Source: Guillardia theta CCMP2712 (lineage: Eukaryota > Protista > Cryptophyta). From it: a stretch of DNA of 64,000 nucleotides. Shown here piece after piece: positions 11,851-24,554 of the stretch. The translations under genes and the position numbers were made by a program. Each line of letters starts with the position of its first letter. Position 1 is the stretch's first letter. The notes below the pieces were generated by a model that did no database searches, was not told the DNA's origin, and saw only the letters and a list, made by a program, of their open reading frames with translations. The stretch spans positions 359,698 through 423,697 of the forward strand of contig NW_005434610.1 of NCBI RefSeq assembly GCF_000315625.1. The letters are read 5' to 3'.

Positions 11851-12971
11851 TCAAATGTGTGCTGTGGATGGCCGTTTAGTAGCAATGATCTTGTTACTTT
11901 CTACCAGCACCTTGTCTCGTCGTCAGTTGACAGCCACCAGACACAAGGAAAGATTCATATCACTTACTTCGAATTCCTTGCCGTTTGGTAACCCCACTGA
12001 AACCCATCTCTTCCCTTCATCTGGCCGTTTCTTTTTCACGTTTCCGCTATCCTCCTGCTGTTGTTTTCGTCTTTCTGCCATGTAGAAGAACTTCCCTTGC
12101 CTTGTTTGCTGTCACCGAGCAGCAACAAGAACAGTTCCGACCACACCTGTCGTCGCGCTTCAGCCGGAAGGAGGGCTGAGGCATCCTAAACACGAGGTCG
12201 AAGAGGTTGACCTTCCTCATACCGTACGTCTGAGAGCAGCAGAGATTACATCCCATGGGCAGATGCTCGCCTCCTACCACCTTAAGTGATTGCTCTGAAG
12301 TCTCTAAGTTCGCAGTCTTGGCTCGGATGAGCTGATGGATTTTGTTTTCTCGCTGTTCGTGAGAGTCAGAGGAGCGAACGACAGCGAGCACATGGACCTT
12401 GAGAGTTTCTCGGAGCTGTTCGGTTCTCATGTTGTTGGTGTATTCATCTCTCTTCGGGAAGTCACCGGAGAGGAACCCTTGCTTGGGTGCGCCGGACGGG
12501 CGTTTGTCACCACTCTTGAAGATATCCTTATACTTGATTCCCTCGTTGTATGGATCTTTTCCCTTCATGTCATCGTTCTGGACAATGCGTTGACTTCAGC
12601 ATCGCTGGTCCATACAACTCGCTCATCACGCTCATACCGATGTCAGGAAGGGAGAAAGCTTGAAAGTCCCTGGTGCACATACTCTTGTCCTCTCATCCGA
12701 TCTGTCCAAACATTTCACTAGAATCACAGCAGCAAGTTTAGCATACTTGAAGTATCCTGCCCCGAACGCCTTCCCCTTGTATCTTCCATCCATGATTCGC
12801 TTGTCATTGAAAGGCTAACAAACACTCAGTCAGCTGTTCGCTCAGTCACTTGATCGTTAAAATCAGCTTCACCTCTCCTATGCACAGAGGAGGAGGGACA
12901 GTGAAGGTTCCTGTCAACTTCTTTGTCCCTGGATTCTCCTCGGGATATTCGATCTTCTTGCCTGCCGGCAT
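11851..12971 (-). CDS. Basic ciliary/flagellar-associated-like protein (CFAP96/UPF0602-like, tentative)
   Basis: MPAGKKIEYP...PPPLCIG, KGKDPY, GFLSGDFPKRDEYTNNMRTEQLRETLK, NLFDLVF, ending ...KRPSTAHI* (TGA 11851-11853). Family assignment is from recollection of similar axonemal proteins. Confidence 0.55.
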
Positions 12972-13199
12972 CTTGCAAGTCCAGGAACGAGGGCAGCAAG
13001 TTCACACTGAGGTTGCTGGATCCCTGACCTGCTCTCCACTAGTAAGAATCAACATTGCAGATCGACTTCAGCGAGTCTGAGATGCGAAAGAAACTCTGCG
13101 GTTTCAACCTGATCATTTCACTTCTTACACGTCATAATCCCCCCCCGTCCTTCTCCTCCTCCTCTGTACTTCTTTCTCCTCCACTTTGCGAAGCCATGC

Positions 13200-13510
13200 T
13201 CAAAGTCGGTTGTTCAAACCCCTCATCCCCTTCAGAAACTGCCCTCCCTAACCCCTCTTTATCCCCATACTACAGGCCTTTTGTATGGGGTGGGTACTAC
13301 CGAGTTTTTGGTCCTAGCAACGCCTTGCATTTGAACCCCGGCGGCCCTACCACCCCACCCCTATCTGAACCTAGTAGTACAGGACACTTACAGGTGGGGG
13401 TCCTGATACTACTGGCAAATCACTGTGGTACTGATTGAAGTAGAGCTAAATAGTTCAGTAGAAACATTTGTACCAGTCCTGTCGGTAGAAGGGACTACTG
13501 TTTAAGTAGG
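13200..13510. promoter_or_regulatory. GTAC/GGGGT-rich tract in a divergent intergenic region (candidate bidirectional promoter)
   Basis: ggggtgggtactac, cctaccaccccacccc, tagtac, ggtact and tgtacc clustered between head-to-head genes. Confidence 0.4.
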
Positions 13511-13706
13511 TAGTCTCAGATCTCTGTCCTTACAATTTTCATATAAGATCAATGAGGCGGGTTGTGTTTTTGATGCACCAATGGGCGCATCGAAACGAAG
13601 GCGAGTGGAGAGGAATGGAGGGGCAGGAGGTGAGGTAAGATGGCGAGGAGAAGAGCAAGATGGTGAAGATATGAAGGAGAGATGAGGAACAGCGATCGGG
13701 CGAAGA

Positions 13707-15320
13707 ATGCGACCATCAACTTGTTGCTCTGTCGCGTGCTTCCTGGTGATCATGCTTGCTCGGGGGGAGATGGTCAAAGTTTTCGTTGGGCTAGACGAGG
13801 ATGCGAAGAGGAATTTAGCGAGGGATGCTGAGGACACGAACCAGCACAGTCTTCGAGCCCTGTGGGAGGAGGACGGGGACTTCTGGGACATTCAGATGGA
13901 ACACCGATGTTCTGTGAGCTGCTCATTTTCTGTGGAAGAGGAAGATCTCAACGACGCGTCCGCTATCCTCATCAGCACCCAGCTGTTCCCTGGCATGGGG
14001 ACGTTTGATCGGCTGATGCGGATCAGGAAGCCATCGCAGACTACCATCTTGTGGTCGACTGAAGCGCACGATACTTACCGCCTTGGCCCGCAGCTTCCTG
14101 TCCTCGGGGCCATGGTGGACTTGCGGGCTACGTACGAGATGACGTCAGACGTACCTCTAGTGCAAGGTTTCCCCTCATGGATCTCTCCTTCTGACTTTTG
14201 CAACAAGTTCTCAAGGCAGAGGAAGACGGAGAACGCAATCTTCGTCGCTTCAAACTGCAAGACCACCTCCAACTGCAGGTCGGAGTACGCACGAGAGCTC
14301 ATGGAGCATGTCGAGGTCCACAGCTACGGGAGGTGCCTCAACAATCGCCCCTTCCCTCCAGCCTTCTCCACTGCAAGGAAGGGAAAGAAGTTCTGGTTGG
14401 ACAAGGTTCGGATCATGCAGAACTACACGTTTGCTCTTGTGTTTGAAAACTCCAACATGCACGACTATGTCACCGAGAAGCTGTTCCAGGCGCTGCTTGC
14501 TGGCTGCATCCCGATCTACATGGGGGCTCCCAACGTGAGGGACTTCTTGCCGGCAAACAACGCTGCCATTCTGGTGTCGGAGTTTCAGTCAGCCGAGGAG
14601 CTTGCAGTGTACATCAAGAGGGTGAAGGAGAACGTGACGATGAGGGAGGAGCTGCTGTCCTGGAGGGACAGGCCCCTTCCTGCCTCCTTCCTCCGCCTGT
14701 GGAACTTGTCATGGGACACAGCAAAGTGCAGGATCTGCCAAGTACTCGCGGGTAGGATGAGAAATGAGCCGGAGGGGAGGCGACGGGCTGATGCTGCCGC
14801 CATTGGCGATGCAAGCTTCTGGCGGGAGCGAGGATGCGCGGCGGAGGATGCAGCGAGGTTTGAGCTTGCGAGGAGACTCTACAGTCTGTGCAGACGAATC
14901 GAGCCGAGGGACGAGAAGTGTGGGAGAGGGATGAGAAGAGCTGCAAGGAAAGGTCGCGGGCAGAAGGTGATTGCTCGGACCGAGACGGGAAGAAAGGTTG
15001 TCGTCGTCCCAACTCATCAGAGCTCTTCAGCCTTGCAGAGGTCAAACTTGACCTGCGCTGTTGCAGTAGATCCCATCTTTGCGAACGACCTGGACATCGA
15101 CGTGTCGAGCGTGATGTACGTCGTAGATGAATTCTGCATCTTGAATCAGATCGAGTTCGGGCCGAGGTGTCAGGAGGTTTTCACGCAGGTTGGCAATCAG
15201 CTTGTGCGAAATGGAGTGAAGGTAGAGAAGATTGCGATGTGGGAGGCGTCCAAGAATCGCAGGGCTGACGAGAGTCTGTGCGATTCCATCGACCGAACTT
15301 TTGCACATGAATATTCGTGA
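13707..15320 (+). CDS. Alpha-1,3/4-fucosyltransferase (glycosyltransferase family 10) with C-terminal extension
   Basis: Uninterrupted 537-aa ORF. N-terminal hydrophobic anchor, FVASNC, VHSYGRCLNN, and the GT10 motif YTFALVFENSNMHDYVTEKLFQALLAGCIPIYMGAPN. Confidence 0.9.
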   Translation: MRPSTCCSVACFLVIMLARGEMVKVFVGLDEDAKRNLARDAEDTNQHSLRALWEEDGDFWDIQMEHRCSVSCSFSVEEEDLNDASAILISTQLFPGMGTFDRLMRIRKPSQTTILWSTEAHDTYRLGPQLPVLGAMVDLRATYEMTSDVPLVQGFPSWISPSDFCNKFSRQRKTENAIFVASNCKTTSNCRSEYARELMEHVEVHSYGRCLNNRPFPPAFSTARKGKKFWLDKVRIMQNYTFALVFENSNMHDYVTEKLFQALLAGCIPIYMGAPNVRDFLPANNAAILVSEFQSAEELAVYIKRVKENVTMREELLSWRDRPLPASFLRLWNLSWDTAKCRICQVLAGRMRNEPEGRRRADAAAIGDASFWRERGCAAEDAARFELARRLYSLCRRIEPRDEKCGRGMRRAARKGRGQKVIARTETGRKVVVVPTHQSSSALQRSNLTCAVAVDPIFANDLDIDVSSVMYVVDEFCILNQIEFGPRCQEVFTQVGNQLVRNGVKVEKIAMWEASKNRRADESLCDSIDRTFAHEYS

Positions 15321-15359
15321 CCGAGGTGCCGGATGAACCCTATGAAACTCGACCCCTCA

Positions 15360-18300
15360 ATCCTTATGTTTGTTGCCCTCCAATCACATTCAACTCGCAT
15401 TTCTATCAATCTTGTTTTCGTCTTACATCTTGCATTTCTGAATTTCTTACACGAAGACAGTACGTCGACATCGCCAGATTTCTCAATCTTCTCAGCGAGG
15501 GTTTGCAGGAGCTTTTCTTCGATCGAAAGGAACTGCAAAGTCACCATCATCCCCATCGCCCTGCCTCTGAATCTCTCACGTTTCACTTGTCGTAGGATCT
15601 CAACGTGTTTGGTATCTTCTGACCCAGGAGACGAAATCACGAACCTGTGAGATTCAAATCAGTAGGCAAATCTTCAGGCTATCGTCAACAACTTCAAACT
15701 CTCCTTGGCAACTCCGCGTCCGGTCATGAACTGGCGCATGGGAGTCAGCAGGGAAATGAAGTGAGCTTGCAGACCTTCAGTTTCGAGTAGAAAGTCTTCG
15801 AGTCGTCCTTCATCTTCTGCCGTTCCAGCTCCCTCGCTTTCATCCTTTCTTGCTTCTGCCGCAGGAGATCTGCCTTCAACTTCGCTCTCGCGTCAAGTCG
15901 TGATCGATCCTGGAAAGTCTATCACCTTGGATATTCCTTTCCGCAGCTTCACTCCTCTGAAGACCCCTTGTATCTTGGAGCTTGCTAGCACCCTGATTCA
16001 ACGTCACCCTCACCTTCCTTGTTGCCCTCGCAAAGTACCTTGCCACCTCCAGCGCATGGGTTTGTTCCTCATTCAACGACCCGCCGTACTTGAAGGTTTC
16101 TTCATCCTGCTTTCCTTCCTGCCTCAAATCCTCCATCGCCCTCAGGAAGAAACGGTTTGACAGCTGGAAAGATTGGTCAAGATCACGAGCGACAACAATG
16201 GAAAAGGAGCAACCATCTTCTTCTCGTAGATCCTCCTCAGCCTGTCCTCCTCCCTCCTCTGCATCATCGCTTGCCACTGCTCCGTCACCCACTCCTTCAC
16301 GTGTCCCCACCTGCCGCCTCCTTCAGACGCCATGCCCGACATGCCCGCGGCAACCTCGCATGCTCGGGCTTGTTCCATCCGCTTCCTTCCATGCAACCAA
16401 GTTGAAACAGGAGCGATATCTTGATGCCAAGGTCTTGGTTCTATCGGCAGCTGTCACAATCCAACGTCCCTCCTCGTCTCCACTCTTGCCTGAGACCCTC
16501 GATCAACGATCGCCTTCATCAACTCGATCTGAAAGTCACTGGGCCCTTGCTGGTTGATCTGCCTGCTCATCCTGTTACATTCCCTCCCTCTCCTCTTCCT
16601 CTCCTTCCTCTTCCATTCCTCTACCTCTACCTCTACCTCTTCCTCTTCCTCCTCCCCTCGCTCTCCATCTCATCGTCTCCCCCGTCCCTCCCTCTCACCC
16701 TCCAAACAGCTGCTCGATGGCTCGGAAAGCTGCTATCCGCACATTGTGCGCTTCGTCGCTGAGGAAGGGAAGAATCTCGAGCAAGGCGTCACTGCCAGGA
16801 CGAGCGTCAGGATCTACAACGACTGCCATGCTCGTCACTTGTCCTCCTTGTCGCAGAAAGCAGCGTAGTTGGTGATCGCACTCCGGCGGACCAAGTCATC
16901 GACGTCCTCCAGACGCTCTTCCAGCACATCTCGAAGGGAGTATCTGATCGAGCTTGATCAAGGGCATTGGACTTCCATCTTGACTTGCTCACCCGTTCTC
17001 TGTCGACATCCAGTTCTTCATGGTCCTCCCTGCATACCCGATGACGGTCATCGCCACCAGCCTCGAGTCGGGATCTTCAGGTCTCGTCAAGGACAAGGGA
17101 GGGAGCAAGTAGATCGTCTAGCGACGCTTACCGGGATCGTTCTGCACCATCCTCACCACATGATCTAGAGTCATCTTCACACAGCCTTGCTTCCCGCCCG
17201 CAAGGATTTTCCTCAAACATTCGCAGCAGGTCCACCTGCAGGACGGTCACATCCCTGCATCTCCTCCTCCTCCTCCTCCTCCTCCTTTCTCCTCTTCCCA
17301 CTTGATTGCATGTGACTTCTCATCGAGCCCCTTAAGCAGCTTCTGTGCTACGATCACGTTGCCGTCATCGCTGTAGTCCGTCATCAGCTTGAACGCCTCT
17401 ATCCTGCAGCAGACCATCAACATGGCGGCAGCTCAACCGCTGCTGCTGCCTCACCTCACGCTCTCGTCCTTGCTCTGCAGCAGCCCTTCGATGTTGGGGA
17501 GCACTTTGCTTGCCAGCTGCATGTCCCCGATGCCCGAGCTCTGCTCCACCTCCGTCCTCAGCTGAACGCTACCGACAGGAGCCAGCGTCTCATTGCGGAG
17601 GGTGAACCATTCCAGCGCGTTGCCGACCATGAGGTCGGTGACTTTGACGTAGCACTTGCCGACAGCAAATTCACTCTCGTGGCCGATGACGATGCCCTGT
17701 CTTCTCCCCAGCAGAATCACCTCCAGCTCCGCCCTCTCAGTGTCGAACACGTCCAGCCGGAAGGTCAGGGAGGACCAGCGCTGCCTCCTCTCGAAGCTCA
17801 TCGACCGGCTCTCGTACGAGGAGCTTGCCCTGTCGTGCAGGATGTTGAAGACGCATCGGATCATACCGCCCTCCATGTCGCTCTGTCGCTCCAGGTCCTT
17901 GACCTGGTGGAGGGTGACGTTGAGGGTGGACGGGGCATGGCGGAGGCAGGCGATGGCGGCCCGGACGACCTCGGAGTTCCAGTCGAAGATCCGCTCGTGG
18001 ACCATGTTGAACACCCTCGCGTCTCCCTTCTCCACCACCTTTGGGACCACGTTGAGCATCCGGATGCGAACGTTGGTGAGCGGGTGCCGTAGGAGAGCTG
18101 AGATCAGCATCTCCTTCTGCTCCTCCTTCAGCCTCCTCTCCATCTTTCCAAGGGTATCGATGGCTTGTAACGCGACCTCCTCCTTCAGGACGTCGGTCAC
18201 ACCCAGGGCTCTCTCGACCTCTTGGAAGTTGACAGCGATGCTCTCACTCCTCTCCTCTACCGCTGTCACCTCGTTGTTCTGCAGCCGCCGCTTGATCGTG

Positions 18301-18381
18301 GCCACCGCTCGCTGGAAGCCTCCTCTTCCTCTCAGCTCTTTGCCGATCTTATGCACCTCCTCCTCCTCCTCCTCCTCATCC

Positions 18382-18442
<61 letters not shown>

Positions 18443-18883
18443 TGAGGGTCGTCCTGTACTTGACTTCCTCATTCTTCAACAACGACGCGCTCACTCGCGC
18501 GTGACTCTTGCACTTCTCTGTCTTCTTCGGCTGTCCGAGGAGGCTGAAGTAATCTGAGATGATCAAGGAGTTTCGGATGCTGATACTGCTCCTCCTCTGC
18601 TTCGCCTTGTGCTCCATAAACACCAGCTGGTCGTCCACCAACCCGGTAGGCGACAGCCCTCCAAGGTCGTCATGGTAGGGCTCTGCAAGTACAACATCAC
18701 AGGTAGAAGGGGAGGAAGTACACGAGTATCTTCACCTGCTACATTGCCGTCCTCACTCTCCTCCTTTGTGATTCTCCGGGTAAAGAACTCAGTTATCTCC
18801 AGCTCCAGCTCTATCATCTTCTGTCGCCCCCCGCTGATGAAGCTCTCCTTCCGCTTCGCAAACATGTCTTCTCCGTCTGACAT
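15360..18883 (-). CDS. Large HEAT/ARM-repeat protein with a C2-like domain, acidic tract and coiled-coil C-terminus (multi-exon)
   Basis: ORF 17451-18641 has poly-D/E, HEAT-like units (LLRHPLTNVRIRMLNVVPKV; IFDWNSEVVRAAIACL; LLQSKDESVR) and a C2-like segment (AELEVILL...AVGKCYVKVTDL...EWFTLRN...VGSVQLR). Further exons extend to ~15400. 3' end uncertain. Confidence 0.6.
18360..18440 (-). repeat. (GAT)n/(GAG)n trinucleotide tract encoding poly-Asp/Glu
   Basis: In frame within ORF 17451-18641 with no splice donor at its edge. Confidence 0.85.
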
Positions 18884-19364
18884 CCTGACCTGACTCTTCC
18901 TTCCTCTTGTCACCAAGAGATCGTGGATCAAACGACCATCATCCGTCACTGGTGGGCTCGCCTTGGCAAGTCGAGACTGTCCTCTCAATCCAGACTTTTC
19001 TCCCTCTCCTCCTCCTCAGTCCTTCTCTCTCCTCCTTCGTCTCTCTCCTCCTCCTCAGTCCTTCTCTCTCCTCCTCCTTCGTCTCTCTCCTCCTCCTCTC
19101 CTCCTCTCCTCTCTTCCTCCCCCTCCACTTGCCTCACTTTGCCCCGATGGTCCGTTGACTGTAACCCCAATCTTGCTTCACCCCCTTCTTTGACCACAAT
19201 GTACCCCACCCTACCTCGGGGCTCGGCCCTCTTTGCCGGTCTCCTATCTTCCGCGGTCACCGGAGTCTTTGATGTCCCGAATGCTGGGATGAGAGGGCGG
19301 TGAGAGGAGGAAGAGGAGAGAGAAGCTTGAGAGGAGGAGAGGAGAGGACAAGAAGCAGATCACG

Positions 19365-21130
19365 ATGATGAGCTTGAGGATGGGGGGGCTTCGAGCATGG
19401 ACCTCCAACAGTTTCTGGTCAAGGGCGCTAGGGAGGAGCTTGCGAACTCCAGTGCGGAAGCTCGGCCATCCCGTTCGGACTGGCTGGGGTGTGCATGTAC
19501 TCAACAGGGTCCATGGAGGGAAGGCGTTCATCTCTGCATCCTCCTCCTCTCCTCCCCCTGTCTCAGAGGTTCTTCGGCTGTTGGACAAGGCTATCAAGGG
19601 CGACAGCAAGGACGTAGACGCGATGGACAAACTGCATCAGAGGATAGAGCAGGAGATGAAGGAAGGAGCAAAGTCTCAAGACATCAGCCTGGTTGCTGGC
19701 ATCCTCTCTTCTTTAGAGTTCGCCGGTCACAGGGACGAGCGAAAAGCTGAGGAGCTGCTAGAGCATGCGCTGGGGCAAGGGGACGCGATGGCGATGTTCT
19801 ACCTTGCACGCATGCACCTGGTGAAGAACGAGAAGGAGGAGCCCGATCCTGTGTTTGGAGAAGATGAGCAACTCTCGGATGACCTACTCAATACAAGCCA
19901 CCTCGAGCTGAACGCTGAGAAAGCGAAGAAGGTGAAGAAGCAGATCCTGCTGCTGATCAAGGAAGTCCGTATTGGGAAGAGGGAGGGAGCTCCGGTCAAG
20001 AGCTTCAAGACGGTCAAGCAGCAGGAGACGGACGACATGGTCGAGTGGAAGCCGGACATGCAGAAGGGGCTCGCCCTGCTAGCCCAGAGTGCGGAGCTAG
20101 GGAACGCCGATGCTCAGGTGATGTTGGGGAATTTGAAGGTTTCCGGGGAGTTTGTGCAGCTGCTTCCCTCGCACAAGTCGAAGGTTGTGGCAGGGAACAT
20201 CGTGGAGGTGGAGCCTGTGCTGTCCAGGCAGGAGACGGATCCGAAGCTCGTGCTGGAGGATGGAGTCAAGCTCTACGAGCTGGCGGCAGCTCAGGGCACG
20301 CGGACGCCTGGTACAACCTGGGGATGCTCTACTTTGACAACAGGCACCCGCAATGCAGAGGAGACGAGCGATGGAATGCCGAGCAATGTCTTCGCTGCAT
20401 GCAGGAGGCGGCAGATCGCGGCGACAGCAGCGCCATGTACTTCCTGGGATCTGCCAAGTTGGCGGGAGAGCTGGGGGGGATGAAACTTGACAGCTCAGAT
20501 GGTCTGAGGTTACTGGAGGAGGCGTCCAACAGAGACCATCCAGCTGCGAGCTACCACGTCGCGATGCTCATGCGGGAGGAGGGGAAGGAGGAGGATATGA
20601 AGAAGTTCCTGAGCAAGGCGGCGGGTCTGGGAGATGCGGAGGCGCTCTTCTGCCTTGGGGACATGCACTTCCACGGTTCAGACGGCTTCCAGATGGATCA
20701 TCCCAAGGCTTTTCGCTTCTTCCAGGAAGCTGCTCGTCTCCAGTGAGTGGTTGACGCGTGCTCCAGGTCCTCCTCACCCTCTGCTGCAGGCACTCAGCAG
20801 CCATGTGCTGCGTGGGAGTGATGTGCTACAACGGTTTTGGAGTGAAGAAAGACGTCAAGTCCGAATCTCTTTCCTTCTCCTGTCCTGTCGCTGACGTCTG
20901 CCTCGCAGCAAAGCCTTCCTCGCGTATCAGAGGTCAGCGGAGCTCGGCAACATCGAGGCCATGCGGAATCTAGCCGCCATGCATCTGAGCGGGGAAGGGT
21001 GCGAGAAGAACGAGGCGACTGCCAGGTTTCTTGAAAAAGGCAAGAGGAGAACAGAGCTGACGTCTGAACGTCTAGGTATCTTCTCAAGGTGGTGGAAGAG
21101 GCTGAGGCCGAAGCTTCGCAACCTCAATAA
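19365..21130 (+). CDS. Sel1-like repeat (SLR) protein, likely mitochondrial; contains a 1-nt frameshift at ~20295
   Basis: R-rich N-terminal presequence. Repeats GDAMAMFYLARM, GNADAQVMLG, HADAWYNLGMLY, GDSSAMYFLG, DHPAASYHVA, GDAEALFCLGDMHFHG, GNIEAMRNLAAM. Ends ...EASQPQ* (TAA 21128-21130). Confidence 0.85.
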
Positions 21131-21353
21131 AGATGCTGTGAATCTATTCGCTGAGAGAGTCTGAGCTCGAGGAAGCGAGGTTCTGTCGCGTCCTGCAATC
21201 AATATGAGTCAACAAAGACTCAAAAGGCTTTCGGGGTGTACAGTCTCTGACGAGTCGTGCGGGTTGTCTCTTGCTTCTCATGCAGCTTCGCTGTCCGTCT
21301 AGTCACTCTGAAACAAAGAGGTCAAGAGGCCAAAAACTCCGCATCCCTCGTCC

Positions 21354-24310
21354 TCACCTCTTCGTCTCTGAATCGCAGAAGTCGCTGTCGCTGTCCGAGG
21401 ACTCTTGTTCGTATCTCTTCACCTTGTTGACAGTGCGAGTTGACCTCCTCAGAGGAGCTGCGGCGAAATCAGCCCAGCTCCCACCTTCCCTTCTCCTCAT
21501 GTTGTACCAGCAGGACGAGATTGACGAGCGCGTTTCTGAACAGCCTTCGGCTGAACGTCTCCATCTGAGTTTTCTTCCATGTCCTCCGCCTCCTCCGAGC
21601 TCTCCCCGCTGAGCTCCACGCTCTCGCTCTTGGTAGCTCTTGTCCCCTGGGATCGAGTGATCCTCAGAGGGACCGCAGAGAAGATGGAAGCAAGTTTCCC
21701 CGGCCTCGATTTCTATCAAGATCAATGAGGCATGCAGAGCATGGACAATTTACAACTTGACCTGTCTGCCGATATAGACTCTGAGCTGCTTCATGAGGTA
21801 AAGAAGCGAACAGACTGTGGTTGCCTCCTCCACATCCTTGATCCAGACTTTTTGGACAGTATCCCACCCTTCTCTCATCTTTGTAGCTTTAAGAAAGTTT
21901 TGCAGCCTGACAAGGGCAGACCAGTCAGGCAACCTGGGAATGATGTAGAATATCACGCCTGATGAGATGATTCTTCAGACTTTGAATATCTGCAGATGAA
22001 GCTGTTGCAGCTCTCCATTCCTCTCGCTTCTGGTGAAAGAAGATTTGCCAATCTTCATACATGTCTTCGGGAGTGGACTCTTCTATGTTCAGCAGAACAT
22101 CTTGTGCTCTTTGAAATATTGACTTGTCTGTTAGAATTCGTCAATGCCTCCCTAATCGCAAAGTTTTTGACCTTCGTCCCCAGCTGCATCCTCCTGCTCC
22201 TCTTTCTCATCTCCTTGGTGATTCCCTGGCACATCGGCCTCGCATAGGGAGTATGTATGAACCATGTCTCGCAACTTCTTCTGGAATCCAATCTCGTTTT
22301 CCGGATAAGTCGGGCTCCAGTGCTCATACAATTGATCCATCGGCTCACCTGTTCGCTCAATCACTTCAACTTCCTTTCCTCTCATGGATCTCAGTCAACT
22401 ACCGGGCTGGATCATCTTCCAGCAGGACTGCTTAGGGTCTGTGCCCTGCATGTTCTCCCAGAGAAGGTTCGCTCGCTGTTTGATGCACTTTCCCACCCAG
22501 TACCGCTGCTGCCCCGACGACAAGCACGGAACACGCACGATGGACGTGTGGAAGCAAATTTCTCTGCTTCGTGATTCTGCCCTGTAGAGGTTAAGCGTGT
22601 CAGACTGGGAATTGGCAGGCTGCAACTTGAAATGCACCTCTCTTTTCGTCCTATTTCTTCCTTCCTCTTGCTCTCCTCCTCTGCGATTCTCTTCTCTTCA
22701 CGGAGCCTCTTCTCCTCCGCAATCTTGTGTGCTCGCGCCTCGTCCTCCCTTGCCTACAGACATATTGTTTCAATGAGACAACCATCAGCCGGTCAGTGGG
22801 GTCACCTTAACAACCGCTCTCTGGCGGTCCGTCAAGTTCTGCAGGTCTTCCTGAGGTGAGGTCGTCGTTTCTGACTCCACGAAGCAATCGAGTTTGTCGC
22901 ACACTTCGATCTCTGGTTTCTTGTACCTGGGCAAATCAAAACATGAATTCCAGCTCAAGATCAGTGTCACGGTCGTCACTTCTCAAGGATCTCCTCCATC
23001 TGCTGCTCCTTGCGTAGCTCCTCAAGGCGGTCAAGGCTGGAGTCTATGTATTTCCTGAAAGAGGACAACCTCAGTCCGCCGCAAGACGCAAATCATTCAT
23101 GCAAACCCGATCACTGGGCTTGAGATGCAATCTTCTACAAGGAACTCCAGGGCTTCAAAACGTTCGGTCAATGACAGCTCTGAGTACTCGAAGTTTGACA
23201 GTTTCTCGACCAACTTCTGGTGTTCTGGGACATTGCTGTCCTTAAGGTGCTGCGAATATATATCAGCATCCCGGGCCGGAATGTTCACTGGAACCTGGCG
23301 GAGAACTTCTGGCCAAGTGTCTTCGTCGATCATTCTTTCTTCGTCGGGAGTCTCCCCACCTCTCACGATGGCACGGAGAAAAGCTACATGCAGCTTTGAC
23401 AGCACGGGCGAAGGAAACCTTTTGACCGTAAAGGGCTAAGAAATGAATCACAAGAGAAAAGAGTATCACTTGCTGACTCCTTGGTTGAGCTCTTCAGCCA
23501 TAGTTTCAGTTATGCCCAGAACCTCGCTGAGATGCATATTGAGCTAATCAACTAGAAACGTGGCAAATTACCTAAAAGTGTTGCAAAACTGCAGAATCAG
23601 CATTGCTTGCTGATTCAGACTGACTTCATCGCCACATGGATGCTCAGGTCTACATTTTTTCTTCCACACAGTCTTGCCATCGCTCTTGCCTGGACCAAAA
23701 ATCATCAGATCCCAAGGTTCACCAGAAATGGAAATACCAAAATCGAGAATGCTCTGGCGAGACCCGGTTTCTGCTTCTGTTTGTCATCAAGTTACAATCA
23801 CATCAAGATGGAGAGGTGTGCAGACGTACTTCTATTGGAGTTTTCCTCCGAAATCTTCTTGTGGTCCGTAGATGACTTCTTCTGTTTCCTGACAGCGTCA
23901 TTCTTGGCTTCGTCGGATTTCTCGCCATTGGTATCTAGAGGCTTCTGATTCAACCTTTCCTCATTTGGTTTGCATTTCTTCGATGTTGGAGGCGTGTCAT
24001 GGGCCACTATCTCCTTTTCGCCATCGTGGTCAGAGAGCACAATGCAATCCGTGGATTCCTGTATCGTCCCTGAACATTCTTCGCTCCCCTTCTCCTTCTT
24101 TCCCCTCTCAGTACTGTTATCCTGATTCGAATCCTTGACTTCTGTGCTAGCGGCAGCAGCCTTCACGAAGAACGCAGTGATCTTGTTCTTCTGGTTCACT
24201 GCAGCCGCCGAGCTCCCTCGTTTCTTCGGCAAACTATTGGTTGCCTTGGATTTGTTGTCAACATCTGACTTGATCTCAATGGGAGCTGCTGGAACCTCCT
24301 CGACTTCCAT
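21354..24310 (-). CDS. DDT/WHIM-domain chromatin-remodelling accessory protein (ACF1/BAZ-like, multi-exon)
   Basis: DDT-like AMLILQFCNTF|SEVLG, LSKLHVAFLRAI, IDEDTWPEVLRQ. WHIM1-like EYSELSLTERFEALEFLVED...IRKYID. QRYWV. C-terminal PLRRSTRTVNKVKRYEQESSDSDSDF. Confidence 0.7.
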
Positions 24311-24480
24311 GATCTGAAAAGGAAGGTGAGGAGTCAAGGCGGGCGAAGGGAGGGCTCGGGGAGAATTTGGAGGAAGGGGAGTTGGGGCACTCGGATACAT
24401 TGAGCATGGGAACAAATCTCGTCCCTGAGTACTTGTGCAATGTCCGCCTAAAGAAATGCTAGTGTTTGATATTTTCTAGA

Positions 24481-24554
24481 ACACTCTCGCAAAACATCCA
24501 CTCTATCCTTCTCCTCCACACTCTTGCAAAACATCCACTCCATCCTCCTCCTCC
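24481..24554. repeat. 37-bp near-perfect tandem duplication
   Basis: acactctcgcaaaacatccactctatccttctcctcc / acactcttgcaaaacatccactccatcctcctcctcc. Confidence 0.85.

Noticed and set aside
15197-15400. Coding overlap between the fucosyltransferase 3' end and the minus-strand ORF 15197-15640
   Set aside because: Plausible splice choices terminate the minus-strand gene near 15360-15400. Overlap cannot be supported without transcripts.
17656-18557. Plus-strand ORFs with poly-S/poly-I
   Set aside because: Antisense to the HEAT/C2 gene and driven by the (TCA)n tract.
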